A stretch of 64,000 nucleotides of DNA from Candidatus Wildermuthbacteria bacterium. GTDB taxonomy: Bacteria; Patescibacteriota; Minisyncoccia; Minisyncoccales; UBA10102. Shown here piece after piece: positions 1 to 8,888 of this stretch. The translations under genes were made by a program, and so were the position numbers. The notes beneath the pieces were generated by a model. The model saw nothing but the letters and a program-made list of their open reading frames with translations. It had not been told where the DNA came from and made no database searches. Positions within the stretch are counted from its first letter, which is position 1. Every line of letters starts with the position of its first letter. The stretch spans positions 274,323 to 338,322 of the forward strand of contig JACPMK010000002.1 of NCBI GenBank assembly GCA_016186115.1, written 5' to 3'.

Positions 1-375
1 CCCGCCAAGACCGACAAGGGAAAGTAAAGTAGAGCCGCAAGAAGGGCAGGCAGAAGATGCGATTCCGAACAACGAACTCAATGCAGTGCTTGCTGATTCT
101 TTTTTAAAATTTGGAACACGTATTCCAAAATTTCTCCAGCGATAAAAAATCAGCGCTGTATTAATTCCGAAAAGAATCGCCGTAGCAAAAGTAAAAAATA
201 CATACGGCCAGAAATAAAGAGGGGTTTGAATTGTATTTTCAATCAAGCTCTCGATACTCGAATCCAAACGAAGGGTTGTATAGAACACAATGAATAAAAA
301 AAGAGAGGCAGCAACGCCAATTGACCCGTAAAAAATCTTTGTGAAAAATCTACTATTAAGCTGATCCTCGTCCAT
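1..375 (-). CDS. Membrane protein with CPxCG motif (partial, runs off the left edge; not in ORF track)
   Basis: Hand translation from ATG at 375: MDEDQLNSRFFTKIFYGSIGVAASLFLFIVF...FWPYVFFTFATAILFGINTALIFYRW...GIASSACPSCGSTLLSLVGLGG. Open to base 1 with several hydrophobic segments. Confidence 0.8.
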   Translation of the reverse strand, partial: MDEDQLNSRFFTKIFYGSIGVAASLFLFIVFYTTLRLDSSIESLIENTIQTPLYFWPYVFFTFATAILFGINTALIFYRWRNFGIRVPNFKKESASTALSSLFGIASSACPSCGSTLLSLVGLGG

Positions 376-413
376 AAAGTGTAAAAGAGAAGGGGTGATG
401 CTGTAATAGAGCG

Positions 414-725
414 TCACCCCTTATTGCGACCCCTACTCCTAGCGGTAGCATAGCCGCCAAGCCGATGATATGTTTTAAGTGGCTTTGCCATGCGAGATCT
501 TTTATCTATAACTTTCTCGGGGTCCACATGATTGAAGAACATTCTTCGAGTACCGCATTTCTTGCAGATTCCCTCACTGGTGGGACCGGCTGGACTTTCG
601 ATAACCCAGTAGTGTTGGCAAATAAGAACGACTGGGTCATATATCTCCTGCTTTGCCCGTTGTCGCGATTGCCGCGCTGCTGCACGAGCAGCGCCCTCGA
701 TACTCCACTCCCGCAATTTTGGCAT
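414..725 (-). CDS. Small zinc-ribbon-like hypothetical protein
   Basis: CQH-YWVIESPAGPTSEGI-CKKC; AGGAGG just upstream of the ATG. Confidence 0.65.
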   Translation of the reverse strand: MPKLREWSIEGAARAAARQSRQRAKQEIYDPVVLICQHYWVIESPAGPTSEGICKKCGTRRMFFNHVDPEKVIDKRSRMAKPLKTYHRLGGYATARSRGRNKG

Positions 726-779
726 TGCTGCCTCCTTAAAAATTATCCAAGGTTCGTTTTACTCTATTCTAGCCGATAC

Positions 780-1337
780 TTATTTATTTTGCAATTGCTC
801 TTCTAAAGCTCGAATTTTTTCTTTTAATTCTGCTATTTTCAATTCTCTCTGCACCGCCACTTTCTGAAAAATTTCCAATTCTTCCAGCCGCTCCTCAAGT
901 TTTTGCTTCGATGCCTGAAGATCATGAGTTAATCCTTTAATCTCGCGGAGATCACGAGCGATCACGACCCGGTAGACAACTTCCCCTTTGGCATTTTTGA
1001 TGACTCCTTCCGATAAATTTAGTGGAACTTTCTCGCCATTTTTTGCGTATGCCTCAACCTCAATATCATGAATAAATCCTTCCTTCTCCAGTTTTTTCCA
1101 CTGCGAGGCAATTAGAGCTTTTGTTTCAGAAGGAAGCAGAGAGGTTGCGATCGTATCCTGACCTAGAATTTCCTCGACCTCATACCCCACAATGCGCTTG
1201 CAAGCCGGATTGGAATACACCCATTCATGGGTTCTGTGGTCAACCACAACAATCCAATCGAAAATACTCTCCAATACCATCTCTGCAATTTTTTTGATGA
1301 GGAGATTCTCGCGTTTTTGTTTTACGGGTGATGCCAT
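780..1337 (-). CDS. Stand-alone PAS/PAC domain protein with C-terminal coiled coil
   Basis: YSNPACKRIVGYEVEEILGQ, KNGEKVPLNLS and VVIARDLRE are PAS/PAC signatures; heptad-rich tail; no kinase domain. Confidence 0.85.
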   Translation of the reverse strand: MASPVKQKRENLLIKKIAEMVLESIFDWIVVVDHRTHEWVYSNPACKRIVGYEVEEILGQDTIATSLLPSETKALIASQWKKLEKEGFIHDIEVEAYAKNGEKVPLNLSEGVIKNAKGEVVYRVVIARDLREIKGLTHDLQASKQKLEERLEELEIFQKVAVQRELKIAELKEKIRALEEQLQNK

Positions 1338-1444
1338 GTTGTAAAAAATTCTCTAATACTTATTATACATGAGTTACAGGATTTGCAAATCAAAGTAATC
1401 TTGTTTATAATCTCTTCCATAGGCACAAAAAGGAGGGGTGTATC

Positions 1445-1690
1445 ATGGTACAAACACAGCGGAAAACGCATGTCATTACAAGAAGAACACTAGCTGCGTG
1501 CACTGCGGAGGAACTGTGCTATATCGTAGCAAGTTATGCAAAGGAAGAACCCTGCTTGTTCTGCAAAGAAGTTTCAGAGGAGCCAGTGCTCGTGTGCGTG
1601 CTCGACAGCAATGGAAATCTTTTAATATTTACCCCATGCGCGAATCACTTGCCTATAGAGCTAAGGCCGCCACAATCAAAAAGCATCTAG
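1445..1690 (+). CDS. Small Cys-rich hypothetical protein
   Basis: CLFC...CANH pairs; AGGAGGGG upstream of the ATG. Confidence 0.55.
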   Translation: MVQTQRKTHVITRRTLAACTAEELCYIVASYAKEEPCLFCKEVSEEPVLVCVLDSNGNLLIFTPCANHLPIELRPPQSKSI

Positions 1691-1747
1691 CACTCTCAAG
1701 CGATTCCTCTGCAGCAATGCTGCAGAGGAATTTTTATATGCTCGTAT

Positions 1748-1987
1748 TTATTTTCGATCTTCGTCACTGCGGATTATTGGTAAAAGTAAACGATATACCC
1801 CATAAATTACCACGACTGTTCCCACCAACAATCCGATGAACAAAAACAGGGGCGAGGTTTCCATTTTTTTATCAATCCATACGCCCAGCAAAAGAGGTAC
1901 CACTAAAGAAATTACCACAACTGCCCCGAATTGAAAAGCAAAAGAAAGAACGTACGCAAGAGTAGATCTCTGTTTCTTTTCAGTCAT
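1748..1987 (-). CDS. AtpZ/AtpI family small membrane protein
   Basis: Two TM segments with LLGVWIDKKMETSPLFLFIGLLVG; start placed at ATG 1987, 6 nt after TATAAT. Confidence 0.8.
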   Translation of the reverse strand: MTEKKQRSTLAYVLSFAFQFGAVVVISLVVPLLLGVWIDKKMETSPLFLFIGLLVGTVVVIYGVYRLLLPIIRSDEDRK

Positions 1988-2028
1988 TTTTTCATTATAT
2001 ATCACCTAGAGCACTGTTTCAAAAAGAG

Positions 2029-2066
2029 AAAAGGGATTGTCCGCCAGAGGCGAGACAATCCCTTTT
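2029..2066. terminator. Intrinsic terminator downstream of the GH113 gene
   Basis: AAAAGGGATTGTC...GACAATCCCTTTT inverted repeat with A/T flanks. Confidence 0.75.
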
Positions 2067-2068
2067 GT

Positions 2069-3829
2069 TTAATGAACCACCTGAACTTTCACTGTTTTTT
2101 GGGCAAGAACAGCGCCGCTCAAATTTTGAGCGATAAAATCTATCGTATATGTGCCAGATGCCTGCCAGTCCCATCCGCTCACGTCAACAAGCGCCTCTTT
2201 ATGCGGGTAATCTTGCATGCTGTCGTCCATAGCATTGAGCTGGTCGCCGTCAACTCTCCAAAACATGCTGTATTCGCCAAGCGACATACCCTGCAACAAC
2301 GCTTTGAACGGCTGCAGCCCCGAAATCTGGATGCCGTCGGCAGGCCACCAGACATCAATTTGACCGGGAGACGAATCAGACGGCGGAGATGGAGCAGGCG
2401 GCGCGCTATCGCTGACTGCAATAGAAACCACACTGCTTTGCCAATGGTATACTGTGTTCCAACCACTGGCAAATATGCCAACGTGCACATAAAACTGCCC
2501 TTGGCTCATTGGAGTCCAGTCGACATTGTAGGTGCGCGACTGCCCGGCAGAAAAACTCTGATTTTCAAAGTACTGCTGGAATAGTTGGTTTCCTGCGCCG
2601 TCCTGCACCTCCACATCAACAATTGTTCCTGCAACAGCATCTCCGGTTGCCTGTACTGTGGCAGCAATCCCTATTTGTTGATTTACTTGAGAACTTGACG
2701 GCGAAGCGCTGCCTGTTGCAGTAAATGAAATCGCAGCAGGAGGCGGAGGCGGCGGCGTTTCGGTTCCGCCTTGCCCAAACCATGTCCGCATCACATTCTC
2801 TGCCATTTTTCCTTGGGGCATATAGTCGGTATTGCCGGGGCCTCCCGCGTTGGGATCGCTGCTCCAGTGCCACCAATGAACACCCTGCATAAATGTCTGG
2901 CCATTCCAATATTCAAACAGGGCTTGGTAGGCGTTGGCTTGCGCGGTTTCGTCGGGAGGGCCGCCCATCTCGTAATTCCATGGACTTACAAAAGAATTCG
3001 GAATGCTCTTATACCCTATCTCGGTGAACAGCACGGGCTTGCCATAGCGCTGGGAAAGCGGACGGATATGGGTATTGTTCCAGTAATCCCATGATCCTTT
3101 CATTGCCTCCACACTATTGTTCCCCCAACTGCTTAACCCAAAGTAGGCCGAGATGCCTATGAAATCGAGGGCAGACCAGAAGGTAATCTGATTTTTTTCA
3201 TCGACGAACCCATCCGGCCCCCAGTTGGCGCTGTACGTAAGTTTTCCCGAGTACACTCCGCGTACCGCCCCAATAAGGCTGATCCAATTCTGCGTGTTGG
3301 TCGGATTGATGGTGTTGGACGCCATGCTAATAAGCTCCGCGCCAACGCACAACTGCTCCACTCCATACTGCTGGGCAATATTTGCATAGCGCAAAAGCAC
3401 TGTCTGGTACGCAGCAAACCATGCTTCCCTGTTTCCGGGATTAATGTATGCTCTCCAGCTGCCGTCCCACACGCCCACATGGGGCTTGAGCATCACCTTC
3501 ATGCCCAGAGAGTGAACGTAGTTGATGGCCGAGATCAATGATTCGTCTGTTGGCGTATCCCATCCTTGTTGAATATCAGTCGAATAGGTATTCGATTGAT
3601 AGTAAGGGATCACCAGCGTGATAAAGTTCACGTTGGCGTTTTTGGCATTGAGCACCGACTGCTGAAAGGAAGCGCTTTCAAAGTCGGTGGAAAATCGGGG
3701 AATAATGGTTACCCCTTTTTGCCAATTGGATACCGCAGCATGCGCCTCCTTCGTGTTGCCGGCGCTCGCGAAGAGCAAACCGGCAACAAGCAAGAGCAAG
3801 AAAAGCAAACCAACGCATTTTCGCATCAC
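2069..3829 (-). CDS. Secreted glycoside hydrolase, GH113-like (beta-mannanase family), with Pro linkers and two C-terminal beta-sandwich domains
   Basis: Signal peptide; MKVMLKPHV, CVGAEL, LTYSANW, DFIGISAYF and LFTEIGY match the GH113 TIM-barrel pattern. Confidence 0.85.
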   Translation of the reverse strand: MMRKCVGLLFLLLLVAGLLFASAGNTKEAHAAVSNWQKGVTIIPRFSTDFESASFQQSVLNAKNANVNFITLVIPYYQSNTYSTDIQQGWDTPTDESLISAINYVHSLGMKVMLKPHVGVWDGSWRAYINPGNREAWFAAYQTVLLRYANIAQQYGVEQLCVGAELISMASNTINPTNTQNWISLIGAVRGVYSGKLTYSANWGPDGFVDEKNQITFWSALDFIGISAYFGLSSWGNNSVEAMKGSWDYWNNTHIRPLSQRYGKPVLFTEIGYKSIPNSFVSPWNYEMGGPPDETAQANAYQALFEYWNGQTFMQGVHWWHWSSDPNAGGPGNTDYMPQGKMAENVMRTWFGQGGTETPPPPPPAAISFTATGSASPSSSQVNQQIGIAATVQATGDAVAGTIVDVEVQDGAGNQLFQQYFENQSFSAGQSRTYNVDWTPMSQGQFYVHVGIFASGWNTVYHWQSSVVSIAVSDSAPPAPSPPSDSSPGQIDVWWPADGIQISGLQPFKALLQGMSLGEYSMFWRVDGDQLNAMDDSMQDYPHKEALVDVSGWDWQASGTYTIDFIAQNLSGAVLAQKTVKVQVVH

Positions 3830-3900
3830 CTCACCTCCCCTTCTTTTTGTAAAGATCTAATTTTGAGACGCACGAAAACCCCAACGATTACTCCAATCAA

Positions 3901-3924
3901 AAGGCGAGGGCATGCCCTCGCCTT
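3901..3924. terminator. Perfect 24-bp palindrome, probable terminator
   Basis: AAGGCGAGGGCATGCCCTCGCCTT is its own reverse complement and lies just after the 3951-4154 gene. Confidence 0.6.
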
Positions 3925-3950
3925 GGAAATTTATTTTGAGCTTATAAAAA

Positions 3951-4154
3951 CTAAGATACGCCCTTGACTCGAACTATGATCTCCACATGCCCCTCATGCC
4001 CCGGAATGCGATACGTGCCTTCTCGATGGTACAAATCGTCGCTATTCGGGCGTATGTTTTGCATACGCTCTTCAAGAAAACGTTTCACCTCCTGTACGAT
4101 ACCTTCCAATCGCTTCCCATTAATTTTAATTCCGAGCGTGTCGTTTTCAGTCAT
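3951..4154 (-). CDS. Small hypothetical protein
   Basis: ORF starting MTENDTLG with AGGAGGGG upstream. Confidence 0.55.
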   Translation of the reverse strand: MTENDTLGIKINGKRLEGIVQEVKRFLEERMQNIRPNSDDLYHREGTYRIPGHEGHVEIIVRVKGVS

Positions 4155-4202
4155 AACACCCCTCCTTTTGCCTTTAAAAAATATCACAAAAAATTCCCTT
4201 TG

Positions 4203-5171
4203 TCAAAAGTTTTGGTTGAGCAATTGCAGTAAAGATCTCAGTGTTTTGGAAATTGTATCAAGAGATTGGCCTAGCGAAGCAGTAAGCTCCGATTCTGTAG
4301 GATTTGGCGAAGTCACGGTAAACCATGCCCGCGCGGTTCTGTTGGTGTCGAGGCCGTGCGCAAAAAACATGCCCTGACCGCGCGGCCCCAAAAGCGGTAT
4401 TTCGGTCGCAAAAACAAATATTCCCTCCGGCCGTGATACTGTGCTTCCCAAAAACTGCCCCTCAAAGAAAATTTCCACCCGCTCTTGTACGCCAAACCCA
4501 TGGCCTGTTAATTGCAGTTGAGTTCCTGGATTGCCAAAGTATTTATTTAAAAGTAAAAATGGCACGGTATCATCAAATTTGAGAGTTACCCTTGCTTGAG
4601 TTTTACTGTTCTGCCCGATAAAACTGTAGTCAAGAATCCCCTCTCGATAAGGAAGATCCAACTCTCTGGCGACAAAACCTCCACTTGAGTTCGTTTTCGC
4701 AAGCATGAAAAAATTGCCTTGTCTTTCCACGCGCACCTCCTCATTGGGAGCAAAATTTCTGCCTGTAAAACTTACACTTCCGCCCGGCTTAACGAAATAG
4801 CTGCTCGGAACGACCTGCGGATAGAAACTCCCGACCACAAGCTTTGCCGTCTCGCGAATGCCGCTTATTCTGCCTTGAGCCAAGATATTGAGCGTTGAAT
4901 TTATATCCTGAAACGGCACAACAAAATGAGGGCTTACAAAATTCCCCCGTGCGTCGGCTTGCGCTATTTGTGTCATAGTACCCACACGCACCTCTACCAA
5001 TTCATTTCTGCCAAAACCATACCCTCGCACAGTCACCTGCTCCTCCGGAAATACGTAATACTTGGAAAGAAGAATATAGCTCGATTTTGCTTGCGCCAAA
5101 GATTGAAAAGCAGGAACAACAAAACCTGCGCACACGACAACTGCTATTGTAAAAATTTTTAGTGTTTTCAT
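4203..5171 (-). CDS. Secreted protein with three Ig-like repeats
   Basis: Signal peptide from MKTLKIF; three copies of a motif like VxVxGxGFxxxExVxI (VRGYGFGRNELV, FTGRNFAPNEEV, LTGHGFGVQERV). Confidence 0.75.
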   Translation of the reverse strand: MKTLKIFTIAVVVCAGFVVPAFQSLAQAKSSYILLSKYYVFPEEQVTVRGYGFGRNELVEVRVGTMTQIAQADARGNFVSPHFVVPFQDINSTLNILAQGRISGIRETAKLVVGSFYPQVVPSSYFVKPGGSVSFTGRNFAPNEEVRVERQGNFFMLAKTNSSGGFVARELDLPYREGILDYSFIGQNSKTQARVTLKFDDTVPFLLLNKYFGNPGTQLQLTGHGFGVQERVEIFFEGQFLGSTVSRPEGIFVFATEIPLLGPRGQGMFFAHGLDTNRTARAWFTVTSPNPTESELTASLGQSLDTISKTLRSLLQLLNQNF

Positions 5172-5287
5172 AGAAATTAAGCTAGCAAGCATACATCTTA
5201 AGAGACGCTCCATGGAAGATAACTTTACAAAAAAGCTGCGGCAGCCCTTTGACGAGCTGCCGCAGTCGAATGAAAACATCAATACAT

Positions 5288-5509
5288 CTATGCAGTCCTT
5301 ACTTCCTTTGTTCTTTGGACCAAACCCGTGTTATGGATAACGACTTCGTAAACCGCTGCCAACCCTACGAGAGTATAGATAATGCGCGATATCAGCATAT
5401 CCTGTCCTCCAAAAATCTGGCCTATATCCCATTGCAAAAGTCCTACTAACAGCCAGTTAAGCCCTCCAATAACGAGAATCGCGAACGCAAGAAGGTGAAG
5501 GTTTTTCAT
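5288..5509 (-). CDS. DUF378 family small membrane protein
   Basis: ILVIGGLNWLLVGL...SRIIYTLVGLAAVY signature. Confidence 0.9.
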   Translation of the reverse strand: MKNLHLLAFAILVIGGLNWLLVGLLQWDIGQIFGGQDMLISRIIYTLVGLAAVYEVVIHNTGLVQRTKEVRTA

Positions 5510-5644
5510 AAATAATATTAAATTTATTAGTAGAATGTCCAGACCTTTGCAGTTTTATTATACCAAAAACCCAATCCTCCTCACAAGCATATCCTTTGAT
5601 AAACAAAAAATCGCCCCTTGGGCGAATTGCGTTGTCATGGCAGA

Positions 5645-5674
5645 ATATTCAATACGAAGATCATCAACCGCTTT
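5645..5674 (-). pseudogene. Fragment of a paralogue of the 20612-20860 coiled-coil gene
   Basis: Encodes KAVDDLRIEY, identical to 20696-20725; all 5 nucleotide differences are at third codon positions; in-frame stop just upstream. Confidence 0.7.
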
Positions 5675-5702
5675 GGATCTCCGTTAAACTCTTTCCGCAG
5701 AA

Positions 5703-6158
5703 TCATTGAACTAGAATAGTGCCTGTGTCACTTGGATTCAGATGATTATGGTACTGCCACGTACCAGTTTTTGCAAAAGGAAAACTGTACTCGCCCCCTG
5801 CGCCGCATTGATCAAATGCCATTCCGGAGGTATCGGGGCAATGCTGCTCCAAACTAGTGCCGCTATACACACGATGAGATGGGTGCGCTGCCGAAGCAAC
5901 CCACATGGATCTGCTGCTTTCATTTTTAAAGAGTACGGTCTCTCCTTGATTTATTGTCAGAGTCGCGGGTGTAAAGCCATTATCATTATAGCGAACAATG
6001 GCACTCCCCTGCTCCGTGCTGCTCGGCGAAGCAGATGCTGAAGGCTGCAATGAATTCTCCAAAGATGATTGAGGATTATTCGATCTTGCCTTCAGCAAGA
6101 AATAACCTCCTCCAGCAATGAGAATGACAATAACAACTGCAATAATTATTTTATTCAT
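5703..6158 (-). CDS. Membrane-anchored cupredoxin-fold protein
   Basis: N-terminal TM; GFTPATLTINQGETVLFKN and FAKTGTWQYHNHLNPSDTGTILVQ. Confidence 0.85.
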   Translation of the reverse strand: MNKIIIAVVIVILIAGGGYFLLKARSNNPQSSLENSLQPSASASPSSTEQGSAIVRYNDNGFTPATLTINQGETVLFKNESSRSMWVASAAHPSHRVYSGTSLEQHCPDTSGMAFDQCGAGGEYSFPFAKTGTWQYHNHLNPSDTGTILVQ

Positions 6159-6167
6159 AGTTTAGAA

Positions 6168-6530
6168 TTATTTTTTTAACCTTTGGAAAGGAAAAGAATC
6201 AGCGAATATTGCAATGGCTGCTGCCAAAAGCCCGATATCTCGCACCGTGATATCGGTGATGCCGCTTACCGAGAGCACAACCACAAGATGGATGATACCC
6301 AGCAGAGCGGCAACCCAGACCAGCCAATCAACTAGAAACAAAGCGCCGATAGCAATATCAAGAATCGCTATCCCAATCATTGCCTGATCCAAAGGAATCG
6401 GCAAGAGCCCTGCTGCCCATGGCTGCAAATATCCTCCCCATGCTTGCGGATCTCTAAAAATCAAAACGCCGATCCAGACAAAGGTAATGCCCAACCCGAC
6501 TCGTATAATATGAAATGATGCCTTTTTCAT
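6168..6530 (-). CDS. DoxX-family membrane protein
   Basis: IIRVGLGITFVWIG and VRDIGLL motifs; four TM segments. Confidence 0.8.
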   Translation of the reverse strand: MKKASFHIIRVGLGITFVWIGVLIFRDPQAWGGYLQPWAAGLLPIPLDQAMIGIAILDIAIGALFLVDWLVWVAALLGIIHLVVVLSVSGITDITVRDIGLLAAAIAIFADSFPFQRLKK

Positions 6531-6596
6531 TGTAAAATGATCGCTCCCATGAGCCAATCGGCTGCTGTAAGGCAATTCTTTTTATGTTTTATTTCT

Positions 6597-7844
6597 CTAT
6601 CTATAAAAACGCGGGCGGGAACTGCCTGAACGCCGAAAGTTTCCATGGGGCCGCGGAAACCTGCTGCGAGGCGGATATTGAGGCGCAGAAATTTGCGCAA
6701 AGTCCGCTTTCGGAAGTTCTGGAAGCTTGGATATGGGAATATTTTTTCTGATAAGCCGCTCAATGGACCTCACCGCCTGCTGTTCTTGCGGAACGGCAAA
6801 GGTGACAGCATGCCCTTGGGCGCCCGCCCTTGCGGTTCTGCCTATCCTGTGGACATAATCCTCGGAAGCTGCCGGAAGGTCGTAGTTTACAACCATCTCG
6901 ATTCCCACAACGTCAATTCCACGCGAGGCAATATCCGTGGCAACCAATACTCGATACCTGCCCGACTTAAATCCTTCAAGGGCTTCTTTGCGCTGATTCA
7001 AAGATCTGTTGGAATGGATTTCCGCCGCGCTCACGCCAAAACTCCGTATCTGGCGAGTCACTTTTCTTGCGCCGTACTTCGTTCGTGTAAATACGAGGGT
7101 AGATCCCTTGTGGTCAAAAAGCAATTTTTCCAAAAGCGCTGTTTTCTGCTCTCTGGGCACAATAAAAAGTTCATGCGTTACTTTATCTACCGTGGTTCCG
7201 GACGGAGCTATCTCCACGCGCACCGGAAGCCGCATATAGGAAGACGCAATCTTCATTACTCCATCTGGCATAGTTGCCGAAAACAGCATGGTCTGGCGGT
7301 CCCGCGGCAAGACCTGCAAAATTCTTTGTATCTGCGGAAGAAATCCCATATCAAGCATGCGGTCCGCTTCATCCAGAACAACAATTCCCACGTCGTCTAA
7401 ACGCAATGTTTTTTGGTTCAAATGGTCTATGATTCTGCCCGGAGTCCCGATGAAAAGGTGCGGGTTCCTTTTGAGATCCCGTATCTGGAGCATCATAGAA
7501 GCTCCCCCAATAAGAACCGCTGTTCTCAAACCGAGAACTTTTCCCACCGATCTCAAGGACTCCTCCACCTGAAGGGCAAGCTCTCTTGTGGGAAGAACAA
7601 CCAGACCTTTCTTTTGTGTCTGGCTAAGGCGCTGAAGCATGGGAATACCAAAAGCAAGCGTCTTTCCGGTTCCGGTTTGCGCTATTCCCACAAGGTCCTT
7701 TCCTTGGATGGCAATCGGTATTGCCCTAGTTTGAATTGGGGTCGGAACGCGAAAATTCAGCCGCCCTAAAGTTTCCAAAAGAGCCGGGGCAATGCCAAGG
7801 CCGTAAAAGCTCGAGGCAGGCCCGCTCGAAAATTGCTGTTGCAT
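6597..7844 (-). CDS. rhlE: DEAD-box RNA helicase
   Basis: PTPIQ, AQTGTGKT, PTRELA, TPGR, LDEADRMLDMGF, SAT and HRIGRTAR motifs. Confidence 0.9.
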   Translation of the reverse strand: MQQQFSSGPASSFYGLGIAPALLETLGRLNFRVPTPIQTRAIPIAIQGKDLVGIAQTGTGKTLAFGIPMLQRLSQTQKKGLVVLPTRELALQVEESLRSVGKVLGLRTAVLIGGASMMLQIRDLKRNPHLFIGTPGRIIDHLNQKTLRLDDVGIVVLDEADRMLDMGFLPQIQRILQVLPRDRQTMLFSATMPDGVMKIASSYMRLPVRVEIAPSGTTVDKVTHELFIVPREQKTALLEKLLFDHKGSTLVFTRTKYGARKVTRQIRSFGVSAAEIHSNRSLNQRKEALEGFKSGRYRVLVATDIASRGIDVVGIEMVVNYDLPAASEDYVHRIGRTARAGAQGHAVTFAVPQEQQAVRSIERLIRKNIPISKLPELPKADFAQISAPQYPPRSRFPRPHGNFRRSGSSRPRFYR

Positions 7845-7918
7845 AAGAAATTATAATATCACAAAAAACGAAATCCCGCAAGCCTGCCTGCTCCTTGCAT
7901 ATGAAACCTGTTCGAAAT

Positions 7919-8380
7919 TTAAAAGTTAGCGAACAAATAAAGCACAAGAAGAAACAGCCCGCCCCACCAGCCAATGTCTGATACGATAAGCCCCAGCATT
8001 ATTTTTCTCTGCCATGATGTCGGCAAGAGCTCGCCGGAGCGGCCCTCCTGTTCTCGCTTCAACAAAAACGGACTCACTGCAAACGAAAGGAAGTAGCCGT
8101 TGGCAATAAGGGCAAGTGCAATGACGCTATGGATAAGCGGGATGCCCACAAACGCCGCATTGCGATAGAAAATCAATCCGCCGACAATTGCAAGCCCAAT
8201 CCCAATCCAAATCAGGGGTTTGGTCACTTTGTGCGTACGCGTGGTGGCTTCGGTCCAGTAGGATGATTTCCGGCCGAGAAAACCGTGGATATCTATCACT
8301 GTTACCGCGCCGAGGCCAACCACAAAGCCGGCGAGGAATAAAAATAGGCCAATTACATCAAACCATTCAACGACGCTCAT
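7919..8380 (-). CDS. Hypothetical 4-TM membrane protein
   Basis: Hydrophobic segments; lies 10 nt downstream of tspO. Confidence 0.75.
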   Translation of the reverse strand: MSVVEWFDVIGLFLFLAGFVVGLGAVTVIDIHGFLGRKSSYWTEATTRTHKVTKPLIWIGIGLAIVGGLIFYRNAAFVGIPLIHSVIALALIANGYFLSFAVSPFLLKREQEGRSGELLPTSWQRKIMLGLIVSDIGWWGGLFLLVLYLFANF

Positions 8381-8390
8381 GGCAAACAAA

Positions 8391-8867
8391 TTAATTGAGA
8401 ATCCAGATAGCATAGTTTAAGTAGGCGGCAAAACTCACCCAAAGAATATACGGTACGAGCAGATACGCCGCCGGTTTGGAAATTTTGTAAAAAACAATGA
8501 TCGTCCAAACAATTGCAAGCCAAAGGGAAACTATTTCAACAAGAGCCCAGCCCGGACTCTGGAATCCGAAGAAAATAATTGACCAGATTGCGTTTAAGAA
8601 AAGCTGAATGCCGAATACGCCAAGCGCCATTTTTACCTCTTTCCGTTCCCAACCCATACGCCATATCAAAAATGCCGCGATGCCCATCAACGCATAGAGC
8701 GTGGTCCACGCGGGCCCAAACACCCAACCCGGAGGATTCAACGCCGGCTTTTCTAATGCCGCGTACCACGTGGGTATCGCATTAACCGTAAACAGAGATC
8801 CAATTATTCCGGCAAATTCAGAAAGAGCGACTGCAATAACAAGTTTCAACGCGCTGGGGATTCTCAT
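8391..8867 (-). CDS. tspO: TspO/MBR tryptophan-rich sensory protein
   Basis: WYAALEKPALNPPGWVFGPAWTTLY and LVPYILWVSFAAYLN. Confidence 0.95.
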   Translation of the reverse strand: MRIPSALKLVIAVALSEFAGIIGSLFTVNAIPTWYAALEKPALNPPGWVFGPAWTTLYALMGIAAFLIWRMGWERKEVKMALGVFGIQLFLNAIWSIIFFGFQSPGWALVEIVSLWLAIVWTIIVFYKISKPAAYLLVPYILWVSFAAYLNYAIWILN

Positions 8868-8888
8868 AACTAAACACGCAATATTAAA

